64,000 bases of DNA, taken from the NCBI GenBank assembly GCA_965649765.1, contig OZ287754.1, forward strand, positions 37,448,001 through 37,512,000. The letters are read 5' to 3'. Each line of letters starts with the position of its first letter. The stretch's first letter is position 1. The notes beneath the pieces are model-generated. The model did not search any database, had not been told where the DNA came from, and saw only the letters and a program-made list of their open reading frames with translations. This stretch comes from Bispira polyomma (taxonomy: Eukaryota). Positions 13,356 to 24,600 of this stretch are shown here, piece by piece. The position numbers and the translations under genes were made by a program.

Positions 13356-13508
13356 CTGCATCTTTACATTGGTGAACTTTGACCCCAGACCATTGTTGTC
13401 ACTCTGTAGTTGTGTATCACAGTCAATATCTAGGCTGACCTCTGTATGTGGCCCTGATCTCTGCAGGGACGAGTCATCTAAGGCCGAGAATAATTCTTGT
13501 AAGTACAT
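13356..13508 (-). CDS. Linker exon (MYLQELFSALDDSS...KFTNVKMQ)
   Basis: Acceptor tttacttcaacAG, donor CAG|GTAGGG; 153 nt, phase 0/0. Confidence 0.8.
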
Positions 13509-13735
13509 CTGTTGAAGTAAACAAAGACATAGTTTGCTAATGGCAAAGCATAATACACATAGGTTTGTAATCTATAAAAAGGATTAAAGAATATATTAAA
13601 AACAACGAATCTAACTAAATTTGTATATATTTTCTCATAACATCAACCCTTTGTGATAACATTAATTTCTTAATTAAGGTCATTGTATATTATTTGTGTA
13701 ACACACCACATACTTGGCAGATAGTACATACTTAC

Positions 13736-13771
13736 CAAACATGGTCCAATATCAAAATAGAAGAAGTGTAA
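13736..13771 (-). CDS. 36-nt exon (LHFFYFDIGPCL)
   Basis: AAG acceptor and strong donor TTG|GTAAGT; matches the TMEM268 L.F.YFD...C motif. Confidence 0.8.
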
Positions 13772-14044
13772 CTTGTACATGGTTAAGGTAACAAGCAGTA
13801 CTAATGCATTAAACAGCTGCCAATTGTAACTTTTAAGTAAAGCAAAAAATGGCAAACTATTATATAAACTTACTTGTGTGACAATTTGCTTGCATTTATT
13901 ATCTAGTTATTTAGATACATTAATTATCAAGAGGCATAGATTGTACATGAGAGTATTATTTTTACTCCACTTTTGCCCTAGGACAATCCATGGTAGCTTT
14001 ACATTGAACATGTGGCATATGCATGATGTACATGTAAAGGATAC

Positions 14045-14155
14045 ATAGTATTTGTTACAGTCTGCCATGCCCAGGTTTTCTACTCCTGCTAACAGACTGT
14101 GTTTGGATAAGATGGCATTCACATAACGTAGTCTGTGGTATGTACTGAGCTTCAT
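14045..14155 (-). CDS. TMEM268-like exon (MKLSTYHRLRYVNAILSKHSLLAGVENLGMADCNKYY)
   Basis: Acceptor cttctttgcAG; weak donor TAT|GTATCC; conserved RL..VN..L..H.LL.GV motif. Confidence 0.8.
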
Positions 14156-15172
14156 CTGCAAAGAAGTGACACAAATAACTACAATGGTACATGCATTAAG
14201 ATTCGTATAATAAGTATGGAATAATATATTTTATAGCAAAGTACTGACTTGAACCTTAAATAGATACAAAAAATGTATTAATGCAAGTTCACAGGCTACA
14301 CTATAGGTCATTCAAGAATGAATAATTGCTTTAATATTTAATTTGAAAGCATTAGTAGTAATTGGAATATTATTCAGAATATAGAAGCTTTGTTGATCAT
14401 GGAATATTGTAACTGCTCTCTATTTGGAAAATAACTAACGACACAACAAAATCAATTACTGATGATAATGTAAATACAATATTACAAACATGTTCTGCAA
14501 GAGACATGGAGACAGGATAAGGATATTGATATATCCCAAATTATTGAATTGTATTGCAATGTATGTACCATTATTGTCTTGCGTGTAACACATTTAAGAA
14601 TCCAGTACATGTGGGTTTGAACCCAGCTTAGAACTCCCATGTACAGGTAGATAAACATTGGCTTAGATGAGCACTTTAAATGATGGTCCTCTCTCACTGG
14701 GTTTTGTCCCCTGTGGCGAGCTAAAGAAAGCTAGAGATATGGCTAAATGCTGTTATCCTGCAGGTTATGTCCTTTAGAGAATGTCAGTTAATGGATGACG
14801 GTTTATGACAGTTATAAAAAAGCGGTTAAATTGAGTCCCCAAAACAGGTCATAATGTACTAAATATCAATGCCAATATAAAATACAGAATATACTGCTAC
14901 TCTGTACATAATTCTGATAGGCGTGCATAAATACATACCAATATTTTCTAATTTGTTAACTTAAAATAAAATGAGGGGTACAGAATCAGTGAGGATACAC
15001 AAGAAACCAAACAATACAATTAGGTTTGACACAAAATATGTCATGTAATACGGAATACGCCAGGTGCCACGATGGTCATAACAGCAGACTGGATGACAGT
15101 CGTGGAGTTACCCTGCATGTTTTTTATATTTGATTAGCCATACAATTATTAATAGTAAAACTTTAGATATAC

Positions 15173-15281
15173 CTTCTTCTTAGAGATCTGCATGACCAGC
15201 ATGTAGACAGTGAGCACACAGAGCCAGGCTACTCCACCATGTACAAACTCCAGACCATTCTGTTTACTTCCCACCAAATAC
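15173..15281 (-). CDS. TMEM268-like exon with second TM helix (YLVGSKQNGLEFVHGGVAWLCVLTVYMLVMQISKKK)
   Basis: Acceptor tcttacttcAG, donor AAG|GTATAT; TM helix followed by KKK. Confidence 0.85.
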
Positions 15282-15639
15282 CTGAAGTAAGATACATACC
15301 CAACTATACCAAAACTTAATTTCGGGAAATTGAACAAGTGTATTCAGTAAAATACAGGTAACTATATGGTACACTATGATAAGGACTAGTCTATTTAGTC
15401 CCTGTGCCTCCAGTAAAAGTACTTCAGCTAAAAACATTTAATATTAGAACACACCTAGCTACATGGTACAGAACAACGTAATGTACTTTCATGGTATTGC
15501 TAACAGACAATTACATACATCATAAAGGATCATGGCATTTGCCCCAATAAACCCCCGGGAGATGCTTTAGTATATAGTAAATATACTAGATACATAGTAA
15601 AGAACTGTAGTTTGCACCAATCAATTTATTGTAGATAAA

Positions 15640-16190
15640 CATAAACCTTTGTATATGGTACATGTCAGGTTTAGCTTAAATGATCATCAATAAAAGCATA
15701 GTAGACAACCAGGTACATGGTAAATGTATGTACTTACTTGGCCTACAGTGCAGGTATCGCAGACAGCCACCCAAGTACATGGTAAAGTATGAACTCCCCT
15801 GGCCTTCAGTCAATGTATAGCAGACAAACACCCAGGAACATGGTAAAAGTACTTACGTGACCTGATAGTCATACACTATGGTACATGGTAAAAGTATTCA
15901 TTTGGCCTCCAGTAAAGATATAGCAGACAGACACATAGGTATATGGTAAAAGTACTGACTTGGCCTCAAGTAAAGGTAAAGCACATAAACATAACCCCAG
16001 GTTCGTGGTAAAATTATGTACTCACTTGGCATCCAGTAAAGGTATAGCAGACATATACCGAGGTACATCATAAAGTATGTACTCACCTGGCTTCCTGTAA
16101 AGGTATATCAAATAATCATACACCAATACACATGGTAAAAGTACTCACTTGGCTTCCAGTAAAGGTATAGCAGACAGACAGACACCCAGG
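15640..16190. repeat. Minisatellite of about 60 bp (about 8 copies) made of the end of exon 16149-16303 plus its 5' splice site
   Basis: Recurring plus-strand GTACTCACTTGGC..CAGTAAAGGTATAGCAGACA..CCAGGTACATGGTAA; decays toward 15640. Confidence 0.85.
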
Positions 16191-16303
16191 AAGAGGATAA
16201 AGAACACAAGGGCAGCAGGGACGTTATAGCACCAGACATGACAGCGGAACTTGGAGTCCTTCATCAGGTGATGGAGTGCAGCTCTGTACTCCTCCTGGGT
16301 AAT
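16149..16303 (-). CDS. TMEM268-like exon with first TM helix (ITQEEYRAALHHLMKDSKFRCHVWCYNVPAALVFFILFLGVCLSAIPLLEA)
   Basis: Acceptor tttgtgcctcAG, donor AA|GTGAGT; translated by hand. Confidence 0.88.
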
Positions 16304-18249
16304 CTGAGGCACAAACAAATACCGGGATTAGTAGTTTGAAGAATTTCTATTGCGCCAATTTGATGTATCCATTATCCAAGGTCTTTGTTCTGTGAGAACG
16401 GATAGTTCTGCAAGACAACAAAGGTCGACAACATTTGCCCAGTGATGCTATCTCATCCCCAACCATTATATATCACTAATTGGAGTCAAGTTGGGGACAT
16501 TCCGATCACAAGACCCACTCCCTAACTACTAGGCTACATGGACACCATGTTAACGAACACATGCTTTATAATTTCTTCGACAATGAAAACTTTAAATAGT
16601 AAAAGAAGCATCTCATAGTTGAATAAGGTTTAAAGTAAAATAATTTCAGCATGTTTTAAAGTTACTTAAAATTTTGACAGAGAAACAGAATGCATACCTG
16701 ACAACTTCAGGATATGATTGATTAATAGTATGTATTTGGCGGCTTTTATTGCCTCATTAATTTGCTTAAAAGACCTGTAAATTGGGAAGAAATATATGAG
16801 TTGGTATATGTTTTACAGCTGCATTCCAGAGATTGTATGCAAATTGTATAGTAAATGTATAACATATGGTGTGCCCTTCTAGTGTGAACTCCTTCATAAC
16901 CAGTGGTTATCAGATACTGGAATACAGTGTTGGTCTATATCTATCTTGTTATATTTACAACACTGACTTATAGCATTCGTTTAGTCTATATGGATGCCAC
17001 TGCCTGCGTTAATGCAGAGTTAGGTTTAGTGAATAATTAATCCACGTTAGTAGTTTACTTTGCCATAGACAGTGATATATGGACGCAAACTAGCCAGCAT
17101 TTTAACAACCACTAGTCCCGACATTGAAGGAAGACAAAAACCAAAAACCAGACAGCAAATCTAAGTAAAGGAAATGCTATTATTTTATCCAGATTATTCA
17201 ATAACAATAATTGAGGCCCTCATTACCGAAGAATCTGTGTTATCTGAAAATGTTTGGGAGATTTGATTTTATTTGGATAATAGGAGAAGAATTAACCCGC
17301 AGAGATATTCTTATTCTAGAGTTTTGGTTAAGTTTGAATAATAGAGGGTTCAGCTGTAGTTCTGTTCATATACAGTAGACGGTAGTACAAGTAGGATATT
17401 TAAACTGTTGTAAAAAAATTGCATGACATATTATGGTTGTGTTACAGGTATATGATGTGATTCATATTTACTTTCTTACACACAAAACATCTGCTTATGT
17501 TTTTAAACTATTTGCCATTATCTAAAAGTATTTGTTACTAAATTCCAATTACTAGTCAAATTTGATCAACAACTATTAAACACAAAGTAAGCATGAGTCA
17601 ATCGACATTGTATTGGTTCCATCATTTAGAATACAGTCAATTTTTTTAATGTTGCTACTGCTTCACAAAGGCTTGCTGATATTCATGGGTGCACATACAG
17701 ATGAGGTTACATATAATTCCGTATTCAATGTGGCTCACAGAAACCTATTAGTATATGTGAAGATGCACAAAAAGCATAACTTTCTCCTCTGAATTTAGCG
17801 CCTGCATGAACGAAATTAGATGACAAAATAAATAAGCAATAGGATTTTCCAACAAGAGTATAATTTTCTAAATTATCTTACAGCTTTCAATGATTGGATA
17901 CTCCAGAGAAATCATTAGTTAATGACATTCTATTATGCATTTATGTTTATTCAACCCATGGGAAATAATTTTCAATTACTCTTCCCTGTATTATGATCTT
18001 GAAAACCAACTTTATTTACTGTGGGAGTTCTCTGTTAAAAATTCTTTGAAGGACAATGGAAACCACCCATTTTTTCATACTCTGACTGTATGGTATTTCT
18101 CTGGCTATTTTTCTGAATTTCAATGGATTATATTTTAAAATTGATTGTGTGGGCAGTATATCTTTGCGCAGTGTATAAATAACACGTAAAACAAGCTGTT
18201 CCATCACGATATCTAGTTATTTAGTTTTGCTAATAAACAAATACAATAT

Positions 18250-19830
18250 ATACATAAATATAAATAATTATAAACATTTATAAATCGCCAAATGAGAACA
18301 TACTCTAAGGCGCTGATATTCAAAAAGGAAAATTCCAGGGGCAAGGAAAAGCTAGAAAATCATCCACCAAGGGAAGGGTGACCAAGGAAGGGGTTGGCCA
18401 GTCAGACATCTTAACCAGTCAGTGATCTAATCCTGTGATTTGACAGTGTCTGGAAGTTTGTTCCATTCAACGGAAGCCGCAACGGCAAAGCAGCATCTAC
18501 CAATCTTTCTGTTTGGTCGGGTTGAGGAAACTGAAATGCAGTTTCCCCGGGTAAGGCTACTAGATTTGATAAGTGAGGACAAATAAGAAGGTTGGTTAAG
18601 TTTAATAGCTTTAAACACAAGAAGGTTGTATTAAAAAAAAATGTGCTGTTCGATAGGTAGCCAGTGGGGTTTGTTTGGATATGGTGAGACATGGCTGAAT
18701 TTGTAATGCAAAATACGGCAGAGGGCATTTAGGACTCTTTGAAGTCTTGTTATGTTGATCTTATTTATAGCAAAAATTTAGGAGTTGCAATAGTCTAGGC
18801 GACTGCTCACCATTGCGTTTGTCACCTGTAAAAACAGTTTCAAGACTGAGATACCTGCGTATTCTGTGCAGATCGCAAAGGTAGTAGTAGCGGGCTCGGA
18901 AGACACTGGCTACATGACTACTGTATGAGTTGTCTTGGTCGAAGATAACACTAATGTTCTTAACTTTACCTAATGGTGAAATATTGTGGTTTAAAAGACT
19001 GATCAGATAGAATGGTTTGAAACTGTCTCGATTAACATTGTCGCCTATAGTAATAAATTCAGTTTTCTCTGGGTTAAGTTTAAGCTGGCAACTTTCCATC
19101 CATATTTGCACAGCCTTGAGGCATTTTATCGACTTTGATATGCTTGAGTCAAAGTTTCTTGCATCTAGCGCTAAGTATATATGTGTGTCATCAGCATACA
19201 TGTGCTGAGTGACATTAAACTTAGAGGTTATTTTACTTAGGGAGTGGTGTACATGGTGAAAAAAGAGGGCCCAATACAGAACCTTGTGGGACACCATGTT
19301 GTAGTGAGAAAGCTTCTGAGAATTTATCACCAATTTTGATGTTTTGCTTTCCACAATGTAAAAAGGAACAGATCCAACTAAGGACCGTGCCATCAATGTC
19401 CAAACAATCAGTCACACAATTAAAAAGGATAGTATGGTCGATGGTATCAAAAGGACCAGACAGATCCAAAAGTGTGAGTGCTACTGCTCTGCCATTGTCA
19501 ACAGAAGCAGATATATCATTTTGAATTTTCAACAGGGTGGTTTCAGTTAAATGATGTCTGTTTGCTGATTCATGTGTATGCTTTGCCACTGCTTTCTCAA
19601 TGCGTTTGGAAACATAGCTCAAATTGTATACAGGTCTATAATTCTTCAGAATGTCAGGACTTATTTGGGGAGGATTAAGAGACCAAAAGAACTTCTTCCT
19701 CGGAAGGAGGTACAAGTGTTGCAAATAGTGGGTGGGTGTGGTGAGGTCTCGGAGTTATGTTATGCAGTGAAGAGTAATTTACAAAGTAGAGTTAAGAAGC
19801 CGACAAGTGCAAATGAAATCTATTTTTAGT
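18250..19830 (-). mobile_element. 5'-truncated, frameshifted L2/CR1-group LINE (RT and C-terminus)
   Basis: NYRPV.NL, HxTETTLL, LLDLS.PFDTIDH, GVPQGSVLGP, YADDT, LKLNPEKTEF and WNKLP across ORFs 19233..19724, 18761..19396 and 18427..18618; AT-rich tandem tail near 18250. Confidence 0.9.
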
Positions 19831-20249
19831 ATATACACGTAGACATTAATGAAATCCTACATAGTCTTTAGTGGCTGGAGAGTTGATCTTGTAGTAAGAA
19901 GGTTCCTGGTTTGACTCTTGATAAAACATCAAATTAGTCATTGGGATATACCTATTGGTCTATAACATCCTTGGGCAAGATATGCACACGCTATTACCTA
20001 CTGATGACCATCAATTAGCTGTGTATATTAGGATCATGATTAATGGTTTATTGATTTCACGATTTAGAAGAATGGTGGGCTGACACCTCGGCGACAGCCA
20101 CCTCAGGGCCAATTAGGTCACCTGAGGTCAAGAGGCCAGGTATAAACGGGCTTGGCGCCAACAAGCGCCATCATTAATTTTGTAGCAAGAGTGTCTTGCA
20201 AATTGGGACTACCCTATTTTATTATTTTAAACTGTTAACTTGTACAAAT

Positions 20250-21204
20250 ATGCCTCCTAAAAAGGGGTTCTCTTGTAGTGCGTGCTTGGGAAAACACGAA
20301 CGGCCTGTGGGAAAGCATTTCAAATGGAGGACAGCGTCGCTGAGGATGTGACCCCCGTTGATTCTGCTACTTTAGGTAATATGTCTGATTCAGTATTCGG
20401 TCAAATACTATAGCAGTAACAACCTTTGAATAAAAAAATGAAAGCATGGATCAACGGGTACAGGTCACAGAGGCGGCGCTGTGCTCACCCAGCACCAATA
20501 AGGCTTGTATGACTTCTCAAACCAATGTTAGTGTTGCTAGTGTATCTGAGCCAGCAGTAGTTGAAGCTGTGGTCCCCTCAATAAAGTTCTTACGTACAAA
20601 CGAAAACCTGCAGTCACAGGTCGACCAGCGTTTAGTCCAGCTACAACAAGTCAATGAGCTAGCAGTAGATAAAGTTAAGTCCCAACGAGGTGGTGTCGAG
20701 GACCCTATAAAAAAGCATGTGGATTGGCCACAGAATTTTGTCCTATCCGGTGTAAAAAAGACTAGGCCAACGTACGACAACCTTCTACTACTTCAGTTTA
20801 CCTCGGGATTCGTGAGATGTATACAAGAGCAAAAAACACCGGAAGTACGGGAGGCAATGTTGGAATATCTCACAAACCTCATGAATGACGCCCATTATTT
20901 TTCTTGGGAAACCGCTAAAGCTTCTCATGCCATTCTACTTACAAACATGGAGCTAGACCATTTGAAATGGACGGACGTGGAAAAGGTGGACCGTGTCCGC
21001 AGGACCCGCGCACAACGCCATGTCACCCTGAGTGCGAATGGTTCTGGCTCGTCTAAAACAAGTAATAGCAAAGGTAAAAGTAAAGTTAAAACCCAAGGGG
21101 TCGTCTGTAGGTTCTTCAGCCACCACCAGCCACATAATGCCAGCCACCGTACTTCCGGACAGCTTTTCAAACACTGTTGTGAGAACTGCGACGGCTCTCA
21201 TTAA
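20250..21204 (+). pseudogene. gag-like ORF of the YR retrotransposon
   Basis: ATG 20250 MPPKKGFSCSACLGKHERPVG (Zn knuckle), interrupted, then ORF 20446..21204 with WPQ, F.W..AK..H and C-terminal CRFF..H..HCCENC...H. Confidence 0.75.
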
Positions 21205-21908
21205 ACCAAGTTATGTACAAAGAAAGGCGTTGCAAAAAAGTAAGTGGCCACTGCAAAATTGCAGTGGATGTAAAAAACAGTGTATAACTCCCAGTTTAAG
21301 GATTTTCAGTTATGTAAAAAATTAAAACATTCAATGTGTTTTAGAGAGGGTCAGTCCTATAGGGACGCTGTAGCAAAAGGAAAATGTTATTCTCAAAATT
21401 ATCAACCTCCTGTTGACGGCATTGTGGAAACACACACTATGTTTAACACCAGTAAAATCAAAACAACGGCTCTCACAAAACTTTCAAATAAAGGTGTAAA
21501 AAACGGTGTGTGTTTTCCCAAGCCAGCCCAAAACAAAACGGGTTGTCGTGTCAAAAAACAATTCAAATAAAATATTTCTCCCTGTCGCCACTCCAAAGAA
21601 TGTCAACTCGGGTAATGACTGTTATGTAAACAAGAGCCTCGGCTTTGTGTTGCCCCTTCAGAATAGATTTACCTCATTGTGTTCAAGTGAGAGGAACAGG
21701 AATATTGCTGTGTGTGGCCCAAGTGTGACCACTACAGAGAAAAAACTTCAAAAAAAAGGTCAATGTTAACAAAGAGGGCTCTAAAACCCCTGAAAATGTA
21801 AACAAAGCTGTGTTAACTGATTGTGATGACAAGTACACCTTAGATGTACCAAGACGCCCTGATAAAAGGCAGAAACTGAATAAAGCCAAAAATTGTGAGA
21901 CTTAACAA

Positions 21909-23593
21909 TTGTGGGATGTCCAGAATCAGGAGAAGTTTGGGTTTATCCCGCTTACCCACTGGGAGGTCCCCGTGTTAGACAACTCTGGCAACAAGTTGCC
22001 TGCACACTCACTAACCCTGCATGAATGTCTACAATTGGATGGGCGACCTAATTATAGGGGCCTCCAATTACCAGTCACCTCCCAGTTAAAAGCCTCTGTA
22101 TGGGCGGGTTACTTGCAGAATTACTGGGATTGGGAGCTACCACTTCTAATCAAGTTCGGATTTTCCCTCGATTGTGATGTGCAATGTGAATTTAAGTCAG
22201 AAATAAATAACCACTCGTCGGCTTGTCAGTACCCAGAACAAGTGTCTCACTACTTGTTAGAGGAGTGTAATTTGGGGGCCTTATGCTGCTCCACCACTTG
22301 ATAGTTTGCATACCTCCGCCGTCATGACCCAGGATAAATAAAGTTCAAATAAACGCAGGGTTATAATTGATCTGAGTTGACCCCAAGGCCTTTCACTTAA
22401 TTCAGCTGTCCATTCAGACTCATATTAAGGCAAAGAATTCTTACTCACCTATCCTTCAATTGATACCATAACATCCCAAGTTATCGCCATGGGCAGAGGT
22501 TTACTACTGTTTAAAGCAGATATTAGTCGCGCTTTCCGTCATGTGACTATGGATCCTAAAGATATAAACCTATTGGGACTGTATTGGAATGGGTACTATG
22601 TAGACGGGTCACTCCCGTTCGGATACAAGCACAGATCCGCTATTTTTCAACGTATTTCGGATGGCATACATTATATCATGAAGGGTGAAGGCCACAACAT
22701 AATAAATTACATCTATGACCTATTATGTTGTTCGACGTCCACAAAAATACATAAAACCTATCATCGACTGAAGGAATTATTGTCTGAACTAGGCCTCACA
22801 TTGAGTGAGAAAAAGCTTATTCCCCCTGTGACCCGTGTAACATGTCTGGGTATTGACATTGACAACATTGACTTTACTGCCTCAATTCCTCCTGAGAAGC
22901 TAGTCCACATCCAAACTATGTGTGATGCTTGGGCAAACAAAAAATATTGTACAAAACGGGAATTACAATGTCTACTTGGGTCACTTTTGTACGTCTCCAA
23001 GTGTGTAAAATACTCTAGGTTTTTCCTCAACAGGATGCTGCAACTTCTCAGAAGCAACCATAAAAGTAACTCATGCAAAATTTCCCCTGAGTTTGGACAT
23101 GATCTAAATTGGTTCAGGGCCTTTTTGAAGAAATACAATGGTGTTCCCTTTTTTTACCACCAACCAATCACTGCCATGATCGAGTTGGACGCTTGTCTGA
23201 CTGGAATGGGGGGGGGGGGGGGTTATGGAAACCAAGTATATTCCTTGCCAATACCTCTAGAAATGCAACAACAAAACATTGCATTTCTAGAAATGTTGAA
23301 CATTCTTGTTGCCCTGAGAATGTGGGCCCATCAGTGGAAAGATCATAAAGTGCTCATAAAGTGTGATAATCAGGCGGTAGTAAGTGTTCCTACAAATGGG
23401 CGAACCCGAGGCCAGCCACTTTGATGTTGAAATACAAGTGATTCATATATTAGGTGAACAGAATACAACTGCTGACTTGCTGTCCAGGTGGACCAACTCA
23501 ACCCAGGACAATAGTCGTTTACATGCTCTTGTAGGTAAAGTCCTGTGGTGTCCTATAGATGAAGAGCATTTGTACCTTGATAAAAATATTTGA
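21909..23593 (+). pseudogene. Reverse transcriptase/RNase H of the YR retrotransposon
   Basis: FKADISRAFRH, D.SLPFG, YIYD (decayed YxDD), CLGIDID, ELQ.LLG.L, LDACLTG.G, LEM.NI, KCDNQAVV, HI.G..N..ADLLSRW. Confidence 0.9.
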
Positions 23594-23638
23594 TGTTGAA
23601 TACTTTGCAAGTGTTCTTATTTTCCAGATAGAAAACCT

Positions 23639-24600
23639 GTGCAACAGTTACTGTATAAAAATGCTGCACAAAAATTGCAACTGGCCTTCTCTAGATCTAC
23701 TGAGAGGTCTTACACTGCCATGTATCGACTGTACTTAGCCTTTGCTGGCTTTATGGACTTACCTTTACACCAGGTGACTGTGTTTGACCATTTGTCCTTT
23801 TTAGAGCTTTTACAAGGAAATAATGTCAAACCATCCCATATGGCTAACTACCTTTCTGCCATAAAAGCAAAGTCCATTGTGCACAACATCCAAGTTCATG
23901 CCTTCAGTGACCCCCGCATTGCTTATTTTCAAAAGGCTGCCCAAAGGAAAGCTCCTTTACATATAAAACTTAAGAAAATTATTGATATACCAATGCTACA
24001 TAATATAATACAGATGTGCCGCACTACCTATATGGGTCTGATCTACAAGGCCTTGTACCTCCTAAGTTATTTCTCATTTCTTCGGTTGTCAAACCTAGTG
24101 CCACACTCTGCTTCACAATTTTCTTCTCTTAAACATCTAGCAGGAGCAGATGTAATTATACACCAAGATAAAGCAGTCTTACTCATAAAATGGTCCAAGA
24201 CCATGCAGTCAAATAACCAAATTAAGCTTATTACTGTCCCACGTCTTCTGGGCTCATCCTCATGACCAGTTGGGTCACTGGAGGACATGTTGGCACTCAT
24301 TCCCTCTGGGGATAATTCCCCCCTCTTTCAAATTAAAATTGACCAAAAATGGGTTCCATTAATAGATTCAAAAGTACATCGTCATTTCAGTAGCATTCTC
24401 AGTCGGTTGCAATTACACCAGTCTGGACTTACCTTCCACGCTTTCTGTCGTTCAGGTGCAACTTTTTCTTTTAATCACAATGTCAGCATTCAAAACATTC
24501 AACAACATGGCACCTGTGGAGATACGTCACAGAAACGGTTGACACGGGCCAACAAGTGGCTAATACCTTTAAACGTCATCTCTCCCCTGTTTCGTCCTAG
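23639..24600 (+). pseudogene. Tyrosine recombinase of the YR retrotransposon
   Basis: FLRLSNL (catalytic R), KWSKT (K), HAFCRSGAT (HxxR box mutated), HGT followed by a frameshift. Confidence 0.88.

Noticed and set aside
6570-16190. CRISPR-like appearance of the regularly spaced repeats
   Set aside because: Units are contiguous degenerate tandem copies without unique spacers; eukaryotic context, no cas genes.
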